Assembly: GCA_963662585.1 (NCBI GenBank)
Contig: OY759729.1
Location: 1,376,001-1,440,000 of the forward strand
Reading direction: 5' to 3'
From: Candidatus Cloacimonadales bacterium
GTDB taxonomy: Bacteria > Cloacimonadota > Cloacimonadia > Cloacimonadales > JAFGVF01
DNA: 64,000 nucleotides
Below, one piece after another: positions 51,220-60,706 of the stretch. How positions within the stretch are numbered: the stretch's first letter is position 1; every line of letters starts with the position of its first letter. The notes under the pieces are model-generated. The model saw only the letters and a list, made by a program, of their open reading frames with translations, did no database searches and was not told the DNA's origin. The position numbers and the translations under genes are program-made.

Positions 51220-51394
51220 AAACCCTTACCGGGTATGTTTTGATGTTGCATTCTTTCCCAGGGTCAATTTCTACGAAATGAGACCCTAGGCTATCCTATT
51301 TTATCCCTTTGGGATATTTTCCTTAATCAGTGAAATCTGTGTAATCAGTGGATAAATTATTCTTCTTATCCGCCTTCATCTGTGTTATCCGTGG
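51220..51394. repeat. REP-like hairpins plus ATCnGTG short repeats
   Basis: CCCAGGGTC..GACCCTAGG and ATCCCTTTGGGAT, then AATCAGTG AAATCTGTG TAATCAGTG and ATCTGTGTTATCCGTG. Confidence 0.55.
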
Positions 51395-51402
51395 CTTAAA
51401 TC

Positions 51403-52413
51403 TTAATTACTCAGCAATTTCTTGCGTATTTCAGCACTCACCATATCCATAATCCAGACAGCCAGAGCTATGAGCCATACGATAGTTCCGACACCATTCC
51501 AGTCAGTCATCTGTTGTTTCTGGAAAAGTTGCAAACCGATACCACCACCACCAACGAAACCGACAATAGTTGCCATGCGAACATTGATATCCCAGCGATA
51601 GATAGTGAATGCTAAAAAAGGATTAATAATTTGTGGGATTACAGCGTATTTCCAGATTTGCAGAGTAGAAGCCCCTGTAGAAGTAATAGCTTCAATAGGG
51701 CCTTGGTCGATATTCTCAATCTGTTCTGAATAGAGTTTAACTAAAGCTGCAATAGAGTGAACCATTAAAGCAAGCATACCTGCAAAAGGTCCTATACCAA
51801 CCCAAACTGCGAAAATGATAGCCCAAACTATAGCTTCTATAGATCTAATAACAGTAGAAATAGTTCTGATTATAGCATAAACAGCTTTTCCTATAAGTGT
51901 TCTATTCATAAGATTTGAAGCAGCTAAGAAGCTAAGAAAGAAAGCAATTGGAACTGCCAAAACTGTTGCCATCAGAGCTAAGTATATAGTTTTTACTAAT
52001 TCTGAGACCATCTTCCAGAAGATATCTTGATCAGGATGAAAGATTCCTCTTACAATATTTCGTGTGCCTTGCATACCTGTAAGGAATTCTAAAGGTTCAA
52101 TCTCAACCATAATCCAGCCAACTATAATAGTTAGAGAAATAAGCAAAGCATAGACATAATGATAAAATTGAGAAAGAAACTTAACATGATTCTCTCTTTC
52201 TTTATAAAGTGATTTGCCTGGAGTGTTTGGTAAGGCAATAAAAATCGCATAAAGTAAAGTAGCTTCAGCAAAAACTATGGTAGGATTAATAGTCATTTCT
52301 AACCAATAATTAAGTAAAAAAGCTAGTGTAGCTCCAATATAGAGAGCAATTGAATAATCAATAATATTGGCAATGAATTTTTGTTTTGTAAATAGTTTTT
52401 TTATATTTAACAT
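51403..52413 (-). CDS. phnE: Phosphonate/phosphite-type ABC permease PhnE with an N-terminal extension
   Basis: GIGPFAG, KLYSEQIE, GPIEA..STGA, YRWDINVR.ATIVGFVGGGGIG. Confidence 0.88.
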   Translation of the reverse strand: MLNIKKLFTKQKFIANIIDYSIALYIGATLAFLLNYWLEMTINPTIVFAEATLLYAIFIALPNTPGKSLYKERENHVKFLSQFYHYVYALLISLTIIVGWIMVEIEPLEFLTGMQGTRNIVRGIFHPDQDIFWKMVSELVKTIYLALMATVLAVPIAFFLSFLAASNLMNRTLIGKAVYAIIRTISTVIRSIEAIVWAIIFAVWVGIGPFAGMLALMVHSIAALVKLYSEQIENIDQGPIEAITSTGASTLQIWKYAVIPQIINPFLAFTIYRWDINVRMATIVGFVGGGGIGLQLFQKQQMTDWNGVGTIVWLIALAVWIMDMVSAEIRKKLLSN

Positions 52414-53165
52414 TAGCGAATCTCCACTTCTTCAGCATCTTCCCCATAAATTTCTTTGAACTTTTTGTCATCGATATCATTGGGGCTTCCAGAGAATTTA
52501 ACTTTTCCATCTTTAAGGGCAACAACTCTACTTCCGTATTTGCGAGCTAAACTCAAGAAGTGCAAGGAACATACAACAGTAATTCCATCTTCCTTATTTA
52601 GGGTACCAAGATAGTTCATAACAGAATCTGCAGTTGCAGGGTCTAAACTCGCAACAGGTTCATCAGCAAGAATAAGTTTAGGTTTTTGCATTAAGGCACG
52701 AGCAATAGCAACTCTTTGTTGCTGTCCTCCGCTTAAATTCCTTACTTTTCTGTAAGCAAAGTCTTGCAAGCCAACTCTTTTTAAATTGGCTAATGCTAAG
52801 TCTTTTTCTTCTTTAGTCCAGCGTGAAAAGAGACTATGCTTTGAAAGATTACCGGTCAAAACATTAGTAAGAACTGTGATATTCTTCACTAAGTTAAATT
52901 GCTGGAAAATCATGGCTATATCACTTCTAATGCTTCTTAAAGAAGTAGAATTAGCTCTTACAACATCATTACCTAAGAAGTTAATCTCTCCATCTGTAGG
53001 CTCTATCAATCTATTTAAACATCTTAACAATGTTGATTTTCCAGAACCTGAAAGTCCTAAAAGAATCAAAAACTCACCCTCTTTTATCTCTAAATCGATA
53101 TCTTTTAGAGCATGAGTTGATTCATCATAAAATTTATTTAGTTTCTTTATTTCTATTATACTCAT
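52413..53165 (-). CDS. phnC: Phosphonate-type ABC ATPase PhnC
   Basis: [41 protein letters not shown]. Confidence 0.9.
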   Translation of the reverse strand: MSIIEIKKLNKFYDESTHALKDIDLEIKEGEFLILLGLSGSGKSTLLRCLNRLIEPTDGEINFLGNDVVRANSTSLRSIRSDIAMIFQQFNLVKNITVLTNVLTGNLSKHSLFSRWTKEEKDLALANLKRVGLQDFAYRKVRNLSGGQQQRVAIARALMQKPKLILADEPVASLDPATADSVMNYLGTLNKEDGITVVCSLHFLSLARKYGSRVVALKDGKVKFSGSPNDIDDKKFKEIYGEDAEEVEIR

Positions 53166-53169
53166 TTTT

Positions 53170-54063
53170 TTAGTCTAACTTTGCTGTATCTATTAAATCC
53201 AATTTTTTCTTGATTCCTGCATAAGCAGAGTCATCAACTCTCTTTAAATCATCGATATCATATAAATCTTTGAAAGCTTTTTTACCTTGAGGAGTGTTCT
53301 TAAACTCTTCTATTGCAGCTATCATTTTTTCAGCTACTTCTTGAGGTAATTCTTTTCTAAAAGTACAGTTATCATTAGGAATCCAATCTGTAAAACCAAT
53401 AATTTTAACTTTCTCAAAAATGTTTGGTTCTTCTGTTAGAAGTTTCTTTCTGGCATCTTGCGGAACTCCATCAACAGCTGGGGACCAATAAGTACAACCT
53501 ACATCAGCTTTACCTTGCAAGACTGCTCTGATAACTGTGTCGTGTCCACCTAAGAACATTTTCTTACTTGGTTCAATCTTTTCATAAGCTAAAAGAGCTG
53601 AAGGGAAAATATAACCTGAGGTTGAAGAAGCATCAGAATAAGCAATAATCTTACCTGCAATATCCTCTATGGATTCAATATCTGAATCTGCCCGAGCAAC
53701 AAATTGCCCTTTATATTCAGATAAACCACTTCTAACAGTTTGGAAGGTAACATAAGCACCATATTTTTTATTAGCTAAGTAATATGCGTAAGTAGGAAAC
53801 CAAGCTATATCAGCTCTTCCAACTCCCATGGCTTCTATAACTGCAGCATAACTAGTAGGGACATTAGTTTCAATTTCATAGCCACTAATTCTCTCTAGCT
53901 CAGCTTCTATTAAAGAACCTGAGGAGATTAATTTGTTATGTTCTAAGGAAGGGACAAAATACATCTTAATAGGATTTTTCTTAGTTCCTAACTGACCCTT
54001 ATCACATCCAAAAACAAGTAATACTAATAATCCAATTAAAATAAGCTTAAAGTATTTATTCAT
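53170..54063 (-). CDS. phnD: Phosphonate/phosphate-binding lipoprotein PhnD
   Basis: Lipobox VFGC, SYAAVIEAM, SSTSGY, GGHD, IPND. Confidence 0.88.
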   Translation of the reverse strand: MNKYFKLILIGLLVLLVFGCDKGQLGTKKNPIKMYFVPSLEHNKLISSGSLIEAELERISGYEIETNVPTSYAAVIEAMGVGRADIAWFPTYAYYLANKKYGAYVTFQTVRSGLSEYKGQFVARADSDIESIEDIAGKIIAYSDASSTSGYIFPSALLAYEKIEPSKKMFLGGHDTVIRAVLQGKADVGCTYWSPAVDGVPQDARKKLLTEEPNIFEKVKIIGFTDWIPNDNCTFRKELPQEVAEKMIAAIEEFKNTPQGKKAFKDLYDIDDLKRVDDSAYAGIKKKLDLIDTAKLD

Positions 54064-54079
54064 AATTCTTTTTCCTTTG

Positions 54080-54763
54080 TTAAAGTATATTTTTAAGTTC
54101 TAACAACGATCTAATATCATAATCAGCTTTAGTATCTGATATTTTATCTTTAGGATTATACCAACAGGTGGCTATCCCTGCATTAATCCCGCCTTTAATA
54201 TCTGAATTAATACTATCGCCAATAATTATTACATTTTCCTTATTCTCGATTTCACTTTTATCAAAGAGCTCGTTAAAGAAATTTTCATGGGGTTTTTGAT
54301 AACCTAATTCTTGTGATATGCCTATGAAAGAGAAATAATTCAGCATTTGGCTAGCTTTAAGTCGGGGATATTGCACATCAGGTAGGCCATTACTAGCTAG
54401 AACTAAGTTATAACCTTTCTCTTTAAGATAGTCTAATATCTCATAAGAACCTGGTAAAGGAAAAGCATTTTGCGAAAGAAAGCGAGCGTACTGACTAGCA
54501 CAATCAACTGGGTCAATATCCTTCTTACCAATTTGAGTCATAAACTCTTTATGTCTTTGAGTCTTGAGTTCTTCTAAGCTTATTCTACCTTCTTCAAATT
54601 TATGCCAGAATCCATTATTAATAGTTTTGTAACGATATTGCAAAGATTGGAAATCTCCTTGAATATGATAAAAATCAAACAAGTCTGAAAGAGCATTAGT
54701 TTCAGCTAAATCATAATCTAATAAGGTATTATCTAGGTCAAAAATAATATGTTTAAACTTCAT
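54080..54763 (-). CDS. HAD-IA hydrolase, YjjG-like nucleotidase
   Basis: FDLDNTL, SNG, KP, IGDS..SDI.GG. Confidence 0.88.
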   Translation of the reverse strand: MKFKHIIFDLDNTLLDYDLAETNALSDLFDFYHIQGDFQSLQYRYKTINNGFWHKFEEGRISLEELKTQRHKEFMTQIGKKDIDPVDCASQYARFLSQNAFPLPGSYEILDYLKEKGYNLVLASNGLPDVQYPRLKASQMLNYFSFIGISQELGYQKPHENFFNELFDKSEIENKENVIIIGDSINSDIKGGINAGIATCWYNPKDKISDTKADYDIRSLLELKNIL

Positions 54764-56040
54764 CTTTCATCCTTTTTAAGCAATTCCCACTCTTCAAACA
54801 TCGGTGAGACTATTATTACATCTCTTTTTAGTTCTTTTTTAATATAATCACTATCAAAATTGTCAAGTGTTAATCCTTGACTGTTAAAAATATCCTTGGA
54901 GAAGAGAGGTATTTGCTTATCTTTAAGCTTCATTTGAGCTAAAATTTCAGTAAAAGTTAGTAGTCCACAAACAGTTACACTCTCCCCCATGAAGTTATTG
55001 CTTATAACCTGTACCTCAGCATGATAAGGGGCAATCAATAGATTTAACTCATCTGCTATTTGCTGAATGTATTTTTGGGCTGAGAGACCTGTTATCAAGA
55101 GTAAATCTTGCTTTACTTGAGAGAGAATAAACTCAGCAAAAACTTCTTTTTCATAGTCCCAGTTATCTAAGAGAGTTCTTACCATCCCTATGCCATTTTC
55201 GATTTCATCAAAAGAACCATAATAATCAGCTTCAGGAATTGCAAGATCTGCCTTGATAAAGAACTCATCAGAAGCATATATTTCAGGAAAATCAACTTTG
55301 TATCTAGCAATAGTCTCAATAACTTTAAAAGATTCTTCTTGAGTAAAAAGAGGTAAGTCTTTTAATCCACTCCTATGTTTAGTTAAGCCTACAGGAACTA
55401 CTCCAATTCCAATAGTATTTAACTCACTAGAGGTTAAATCTTTTAGAGATTTATCTAATTCCTCTCCATCATTAATTCCTGGGACTAAAACTAATTGGGT
55501 GTGATATTCAATACCATTATCAGCTAGTTTCTTAAGCACTTGCATAACATCAAATTCTTGTTTATACCTCATCATCTCTTTTCTGAGCTCTGAATTGGTT
55601 GAATGCACAGAAATATAAAGTGGAGATATGTGCATTGAGATTATCTTATCAAGCATTTTTGGACTCAAATTAGTAAGGGTAACATAATTTCCAAAAATAA
55701 AAGAATAAGAGTAGTCATCATCTTTTACATAAAGAGTTTCTCTCATTCCAGCAGGCATTTGATCTATAAAGCAGAAAATACAGTTATTAACACATTCTCG
55801 GCAATGATGTTCTTCTAAAATTATCCCTAAGGATTCTTCACTGCTCTTTTCTCCCTTTAATACCATGCGCTTATTTCCACGCATCACCTCTAGCTTTAGT
55901 TCTTCTTCAGCACCAAAATAATTTAGGTCTAAGAAATCTTCTACAAAAGTATCATTTATATGAAGAATTAAATCATGCTCTTGTAATCCAACCCTATCAG
56001 CAAAACTATTTTTCTCTACATTTATAACTTTTATCGCCAT
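54760..56040 (-). CDS. PDZ + DUF512 putative Fe-S/radical-SAM-like protein
   Basis: N-terminal PDZ-like segment; CVNNCIFCFIDQMP; LYVKDDD; SPLYISVH; VPVGLT; ENGIG. Confidence 0.85.
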   Translation of the reverse strand: MAIKVINVEKNSFADRVGLQEHDLILHINDTFVEDFLDLNYFGAEEELKLEVMRGNKRMVLKGEKSSEESLGIILEEHHCRECVNNCIFCFIDQMPAGMRETLYVKDDDYSYSFIFGNYVTLTNLSPKMLDKIISMHISPLYISVHSTNSELRKEMMRYKQEFDVMQVLKKLADNGIEYHTQLVLVPGINDGEELDKSLKDLTSSELNTIGIGVVPVGLTKHRSGLKDLPLFTQEESFKVIETIARYKVDFPEIYASDEFFIKADLAIPEADYYGSFDEIENGIGMVRTLLDNWDYEKEVFAEFILSQVKQDLLLITGLSAQKYIQQIADELNLLIAPYHAEVQVISNNFMGESVTVCGLLTFTEILAQMKLKDKQIPLFSKDIFNSQGLTLDNFDSDYIKKELKRDVIIVSPMFEEWELLKKDER

Positions 56041-56216
56041 CTATTACTCTTTTATCTTTTATAATTAAAATTTTATCTCTTTTAAAATCAGCTAATATAT
56101 AGTTTTATATTAATTTATCAACATTTATAACTCACTATTTTCAACAATTTTTCTTAATAACACAATACTGTCCAGTTTTTTTAATTGCATTTTTTCTTGA
56201 TACACTTATTATATAT

Positions 56217-56231
56217 TTATAAAAATTATAA
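56217..56231. promoter_or_regulatory. Putative PerR/Fur-family operator
   Basis: TTATAAAAATTATAA differs at one position from TTATAATNATTATAA and lies just before the RBS of the SOR operon; AT-rich context lowers significance. Confidence 0.45.
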
Positions 56232-56243
56232 TACGGAGGAAAT

Positions 56244-56624
56244 ATGACAAAATTAAGAGAAATTTATCACTGCCCTATCTGTGGTAATGTTGTTGAATTA
56301 GTGTACCCAGGAGCTCCAGCTTTAGTATGCTGTAAAGAACCTATGAAATTATTAGAAGGTAAAACTGCTGACATGGCAACCGAAAAACATGTACCACTTG
56401 TTGAAGAAAAAGACGGTGGCGTATTAGTTAAAGTTGGATCTACTACTCATCCAATGACTGAAGAACATCATATTGCTTTTATCGAAGTTCTTACTAAAGA
56501 TATGGTTTATCGTGCAGAATTAACTCACACTCAAGCTCCAGAAGCTTTCTTCAATGTTAAAAAAGATGATATTATTGAAGTTAGAGAATATTGTAATTTA
56601 CACGGATTATGGAAAACTAACTAA
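56244..56624 (+). CDS. dfx: Desulfoferrodoxin (2Fe superoxide reductase)
   Basis: CPICGN...CC, EKHVP, HPM, HHI, YCNLHGLW. Confidence 0.95.
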   Translation: MTKLREIYHCPICGNVVELVYPGAPALVCCKEPMKLLEGKTADMATEKHVPLVEEKDGGVLVKVGSTTHPMTEEHHIAFIEVLTKDMVYRAELTHTQAPEAFFNVKKDDIIEVREYCNLHGLWKTN

Positions 56625-56654
56625 ATTAAAATAAAATAAAAGAGGTATTAAAAA

Positions 56655-57245
56655 ATGTCATTAAAAGGAACTAAAACTGCTGAAAATCTTATGAAAGCTT
56701 TCGCTGGTGAATCACAAGCAAAAAATAGATATGAATTCGCTGCTAAAACAGCTAAAAAAGAAGGTTTTGAACAAATATCTGCTATTTTTGCTGAGACAGC
56801 TCTTAATGAACAAGAACATGCTAAAATATTCTTCAAACATTTAGTCAATAATGGTGTAGAAGGTCAAGGCATCGAAATCACTGCTACTTACCCTGCAGCT
56901 TGGGCTCAAAAAGATACTCTTACAAATCTTAAATATGCTGCTGACGGTGAAAATGAAGAGTGGACTGAACTCTACCCTGAATTTGCTAAAATTGCTGATG
57001 AAGAAGGTTTCCCTGCTATAGCAGCTTCTTTTAGAGTTATTGCCAAAATTGAAAAACATCACGAAGAAAGATATAGAATGCTCCACGACAGAGTACAAGC
57101 TCATGAAGTATTTAAGAAAGACGGAAAGGTATATTGGAAATGTAGAAAATGTGGATACTTACATGAAAGCTTAGAAGCTCCTGCTGTTTGCCCATCATGT
57201 GCTCATCCACAAGGATATTTTGAATTATTGTGTGAAAAATATTAA
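56655..57245 (+). CDS. rbr: Rubrerythrin
   Basis: [34 protein letters not shown]. Confidence 0.95.
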   Translation: MSLKGTKTAENLMKAFAGESQAKNRYEFAAKTAKKEGFEQISAIFAETALNEQEHAKIFFKHLVNNGVEGQGIEITATYPAAWAQKDTLTNLKYAADGENEEWTELYPEFAKIADEEGFPAIAASFRVIAKIEKHHEERYRMLHDRVQAHEVFKKDGKVYWKCRKCGYLHESLEAPAVCPSCAHPQGYFELLCEKY

Positions 57246-57263
57246 TTAAAAGAGGGGATATTT

Positions 57264-57404
57264 ATGGAAAAGTACCAATGCTTAGTGTGTGGATATATCT
57301 ACAATCCGGCCGATAATAACAATGTATCTTTTGAAGACCTACCTGAAGATTGGGTTTGCCCTGAATGTGGTGTCGGCAAAGATATGTTTGAAGTAATTGA
57401 CTAA
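57264..57404 (+). CDS. Rubredoxin, short 46-aa form (absent from the ORF track)
   Basis: [55 protein letters not shown]. Confidence 0.95.
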   Translation: MEKYQCLVCGYIYNPADNNNVSFEDLPEDWVCPECGVGKDMFEVID

Positions 57405-57495
57405 AAAACTGTAACAAAGTTAAGGATTGATTAGGATTTAGCATTTACTTTTCCATTAAAGTTGAATATATTTCCTTGTCAATTTAGGAGTACTA

Positions 57496-57948
57496 ATGAC
57501 AAAATCTGAGTTTGATAAAGTTATAGAATTCGCAATCTTAAGAGAACAAGACGCTGTAGATTTCTACCATGAATTACAGAGTCATGCAAAGTTCACTGAT
57601 CAGAAGCAGATGCTTATTGATTTCGAAAACATGGAAAAAGGCCATATTGCCATTCTTAAGAATATTCATAAGAAGGGATTAGCCTTTTTAGACCCTAATA
57701 AACCTTCTAATATGCAGACCAGTGATTACATGATGGCAAATTATGATGAAGATAATTTAAGCTATGAAAACATCTTGGTAATTGCTATGAAAAGAGAAGA
57801 ATACTCTTATAAGCTATATAAAGATTTAGCAACCAAGTTCCCTGATACTGAAGTTGCAATTCTCTTTAATAATTTAGCTTCTGAAGAGATTAAACATAAA
57901 AATCAATTCGCGGGTATGTACGATAAACATGTCCTAAAAGATAATTAA
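57496..57948 (+). CDS. Ferritin-like (rubrerythrin-family) diiron protein
   Basis: AILREQDAVDFY, EKGH, AMKREEYSYKLY, EEIKH. Confidence 0.85.
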   Translation: MTKSEFDKVIEFAILREQDAVDFYHELQSHAKFTDQKQMLIDFENMEKGHIAILKNIHKKGLAFLDPNKPSNMQTSDYMMANYDEDNLSYENILVIAMKREEYSYKLYKDLATKFPDTEVAILFNNLASEEIKHKNQFAGMYDKHVLKDN

Positions 57949-57964
57949 GATAAATTAACAACTT

Positions 57965-58016
57965 AAACGCATAGCTTATTTGCTGTTACTACAGTAATTG
58001 GTTATGCGTTTTTTTA
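57965..58016 (+). terminator. Intrinsic terminator of the oxidative-stress cluster
   Basis: AAACGCATAGC...GTTATGCGTTT followed by a T-run. Confidence 0.75.
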
Positions 58017-58041
58017 TTCCCTCCTAGGCCATTTTCTTCGG

Positions 58042-58122
58042 TCTCTGCTTGCCCCTTCTCACTAAATTCGTTCATTTATTGAAGTTAATTCTAGATGAGT
58101 AAGATGGAGCAGGTAGAGAGCA
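58042..58122. repeat. Palindromic MITE-like element, copy 3 (degenerate)
   Basis: TTGCCCCTTCTCACT...GATGAGTAAGATGGAGCAGG. Confidence 0.45.
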
Positions 58123-58563
58123 CTTGATAATGATTAAGATCTAGGGTCAAAATGGCAAATACAATGATGAAATATTTCTTACAAGCCCCTATCAAAGCTA
58201 GTGAATCATAGCTTTAACAAAGATTCATGAGCTACACAGAGAGTGATTCATGCCCCTAACAAATCTCCATCTATAGGAAATTATTTCTATTATCAGCTTC
58301 CTCTATTAAGCTATAATTGCAGTTCCTAAGATTTAGATATCTTTTCAGTATAATTATTTAAAAAATTTATTTATTTGACACAAACCTTTGCTTATAAGAT
58401 TATGGTATTATATCATGTGTAAATTCTATAGTAGAGACTTATAAGAGCGTTTTACAAACAAATTTATAGCTTAATATCCATAGAAGCATTTAACAAAAAT
58501 AGACAAGTAAATAATTATATACTAAGTGATTGATACTTATTGGGCAATCACAGAGGATGGAAA

Positions 58564-59658
58564 ATGAAATTTAAGTTACCTGAATTAAAAATTGGTAATC
58601 TAATAACAAAATTACCTATTATTCAAGGTGGAATGGGTGTAGGAATATCACTTTCAGGCTTAGCTTCGGCAGTAGCAAATGAAGGTGGAATAGGCGTTCT
58701 TTCTGCAGTAGGCTTAGGTGCACTCAAAGGTAAAATAAGTAAAGAGTCTGAAATAGATGCATTAAGAGAAGAGATACAGAAATCAAGAGTTTTAACAGAT
58801 GGCGTTCTGGGTTTAAATATCATGGTAGCCCTTACTAATTTTGATGAATTAGTAACTACTGCTTTAGAAGAAAAGATAGATATTCTCTTTTTCGGAGCAG
58901 GATTACCTCTTAAAATGCCCCAAATTATTGACAGTGAATTTATGAAAGAAACTAAGACAAAATTTGCTGTAATCGTCTCTTCAGTAAGAGCAGTTAATGT
59001 AATTTTTAAGACTTGGGCAAAGAAATTTTCAGCTGTACCTGATGCAGTAGTTGTAGAAGGTCCTAAGGCTGGGGGACATCTTGGATTTAGCGTAGAACAA
59101 TTAGAAGATGAAGATTTTCAATTAGAGAATTTAGTACCTGAGATTAAAAAAGCTATTACTCCTTGGAGTGAAAAGTTTAATAAAGAAATTCCACTTATTG
59201 CAGGCGGTGGTATCTATACAGGTGGCGACATCTATAATATCATGAAATTAGGTGCTGATGCGGTTCAGATGGGGACAAGATTTGTTACAACTACAGAATG
59301 TGATGCCTCAGATGAATTCAAACAAAGCTATATAAGAGCCACAAAAGATGATATTACTATCATTAAAAGTCCTGTAGGTTTACCTGGTAGAGCTCTAAAG
59401 AATAGTTTCTTAGAACTTGTTGAATCAGGCCAAAAGATTCCTTTCAGCTGTCCATGGAAATGCCTAAAAACTTGTGATTATCAAAATTCACCTTATTGCA
59501 TAGCTGCAGCTCTCTTAAGTGCTAAACTGGGCAACCTAAAAAATGGCTTTGCCTTTGCAGGAGTTAATGCTTATCTTAGTGATAAAATTGTCTCTGTCCA
59601 TGAATTAATCGAGACATTAAAACAAGAATATAGTCTAGCTGTTAGTTACAGTCAATAG
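58564..59658 (+). CDS. Nitronate monooxygenase/FabK-family flavoprotein, FabX-like with a C-terminal Cys cluster
   Basis: PIIQGGMGVGIS, VEGPKAGGHLG, GGGI, VQMGTRF, SPVGLPGRA, CPWKCLKTC...YCI; start corrected to ATG 58564. Confidence 0.85.
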   Translation: MKFKLPELKIGNLITKLPIIQGGMGVGISLSGLASAVANEGGIGVLSAVGLGALKGKISKESEIDALREEIQKSRVLTDGVLGLNIMVALTNFDELVTTALEEKIDILFFGAGLPLKMPQIIDSEFMKETKTKFAVIVSSVRAVNVIFKTWAKKFSAVPDAVVVEGPKAGGHLGFSVEQLEDEDFQLENLVPEIKKAITPWSEKFNKEIPLIAGGGIYTGGDIYNIMKLGADAVQMGTRFVTTTECDASDEFKQSYIRATKDDITIIKSPVGLPGRALKNSFLELVESGQKIPFSCPWKCLKTCDYQNSPYCIAAALLSAKLGNLKNGFAFAGVNAYLSDKIVSVHELIETLKQEYSLAVSYSQ

Positions 59659-59718
59659 AGTAAAGATAAAATCACTGTAGAAGAATAGTTGATTTTAGAA
59701 TATAAAATTATAAATCAT

Positions 59719-59749
59719 AAAGGGGCTAATTTAGTCCCTTTTCTTTTTT
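59719..59749 (+). terminator. Intrinsic terminator
   Basis: AAAGGGGCTA-ATT-TAGTCCCTTT followed by TCTTTTTT. Confidence 0.75.
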
Positions 59750-59857
59750 GCTTTACTTAATCTGCTCTCTTCTATAAGAATTTATTGAAAATGCACTTGA
59801 CAAATTTCTTGAATTAGCAGATTATTAGAAAAATAATAAAAATTTGTAGGAGAAATA

Positions 59858-60706
59858 ATGAATTTCCAAGATATAATATTGACATTACAACACTATTGGG
59901 CTGATCAAGGCTGTAATATTGTTCAACCTTATGATGTTGAAATGGGGGCAGGAACTTTTCATCCTGAGACTTTTTTTGGTTCTTTAGGAAAGAAAGATAA
60001 AATGGTAGCTTATGCCCAACCTTGTCGCCGTCCTAAAGATGGCCGTTATGGAGAAAATCCCAATAGATTTCAGCATTATTACCAATTCCAAGTTATTATT
60101 AAACCTTCTCCAGATGATATCCAGAATCTTTATCTCAAGAGTTTAGAAGCTATTGGAATTAATATCAATCAGCACGATATCAGATTTGTTGAAGATGATT
60201 GGGAATCTCCAACTTTAGGAGCTTGGGGACTTGGCTGGGAAGTGTGGTTAGATGGAATGGAAATAAGTCAATTTACCTATTTCCAACAGGTTGGTGGACT
60301 AGATGTATTCCCTATAAGTGTGGAATTAACTTATGGTCTAGAAAGATTAGCCATGTATATTCAAGGGGTTGAAGATTATCGTGATCTTAAATGGAACAAT
60401 ACCACTACTTACGGAGAAATATTCTTCCAACGCGAGTTTGAATATTCTCACTTTAACTTTGATGAAGCAAATGTTGATATTCTCTTTAAAGGATTCACTG
60501 AATTTGAATCTGAATGCCACAGACTAGTTGAGAAAAAACTTGTCTATCCAGCTTATGACTATCTTTTAAAATGTTCTCATAGTTTCAATCTCTTAGATGC
60601 CAGAGGAGTTATTTCAGTTACTGAGCGAGCTAATTATATTGGTAAAATTAGAAGAATGGCTAAGGCTTGTGCTGAACAGTATTTAAAAACTGTTGAAGGA
60701 GAATAA
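59858..60706 (+). CDS. glyQ: Glycyl-tRNA synthetase alpha subunit
   Basis: [47 protein letters not shown]. Confidence 0.98.
   Translation: MNFQDIILTLQHYWADQGCNIVQPYDVEMGAGTFHPETFFGSLGKKDKMVAYAQPCRRPKDGRYGENPNRFQHYYQFQVIIKPSPDDIQNLYLKSLEAIGININQHDIRFVEDDWESPTLGAWGLGWEVWLDGMEISQFTYFQQVGGLDVFPISVELTYGLERLAMYIQGVEDYRDLKWNNTTTYGEIFFQREFEYSHFNFDEANVDILFKGFTEFESECHRLVEKKLVYPAYDYLLKCSHSFNLLDARGVISVTERANYIGKIRRMAKACAEQYLKTVEGE

Noticed and set aside
58405..58540. Structured riboswitch-like leader before the NMO-family gene
   Set aside because: Only short AT-rich pairings, compatible with chance; no recognisable riboswitch consensus.
26973..58563. N-terminal extensions in the ORF track for rplE, rpsJ, the C25 peptidase, paralog B, gene D and the NMO-family gene
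   Set aside because: Downstream starts have proper RBSs and restore the expected N-termini or signal peptides; the extensions overlap neighbouring genes, promoters or hairpins.
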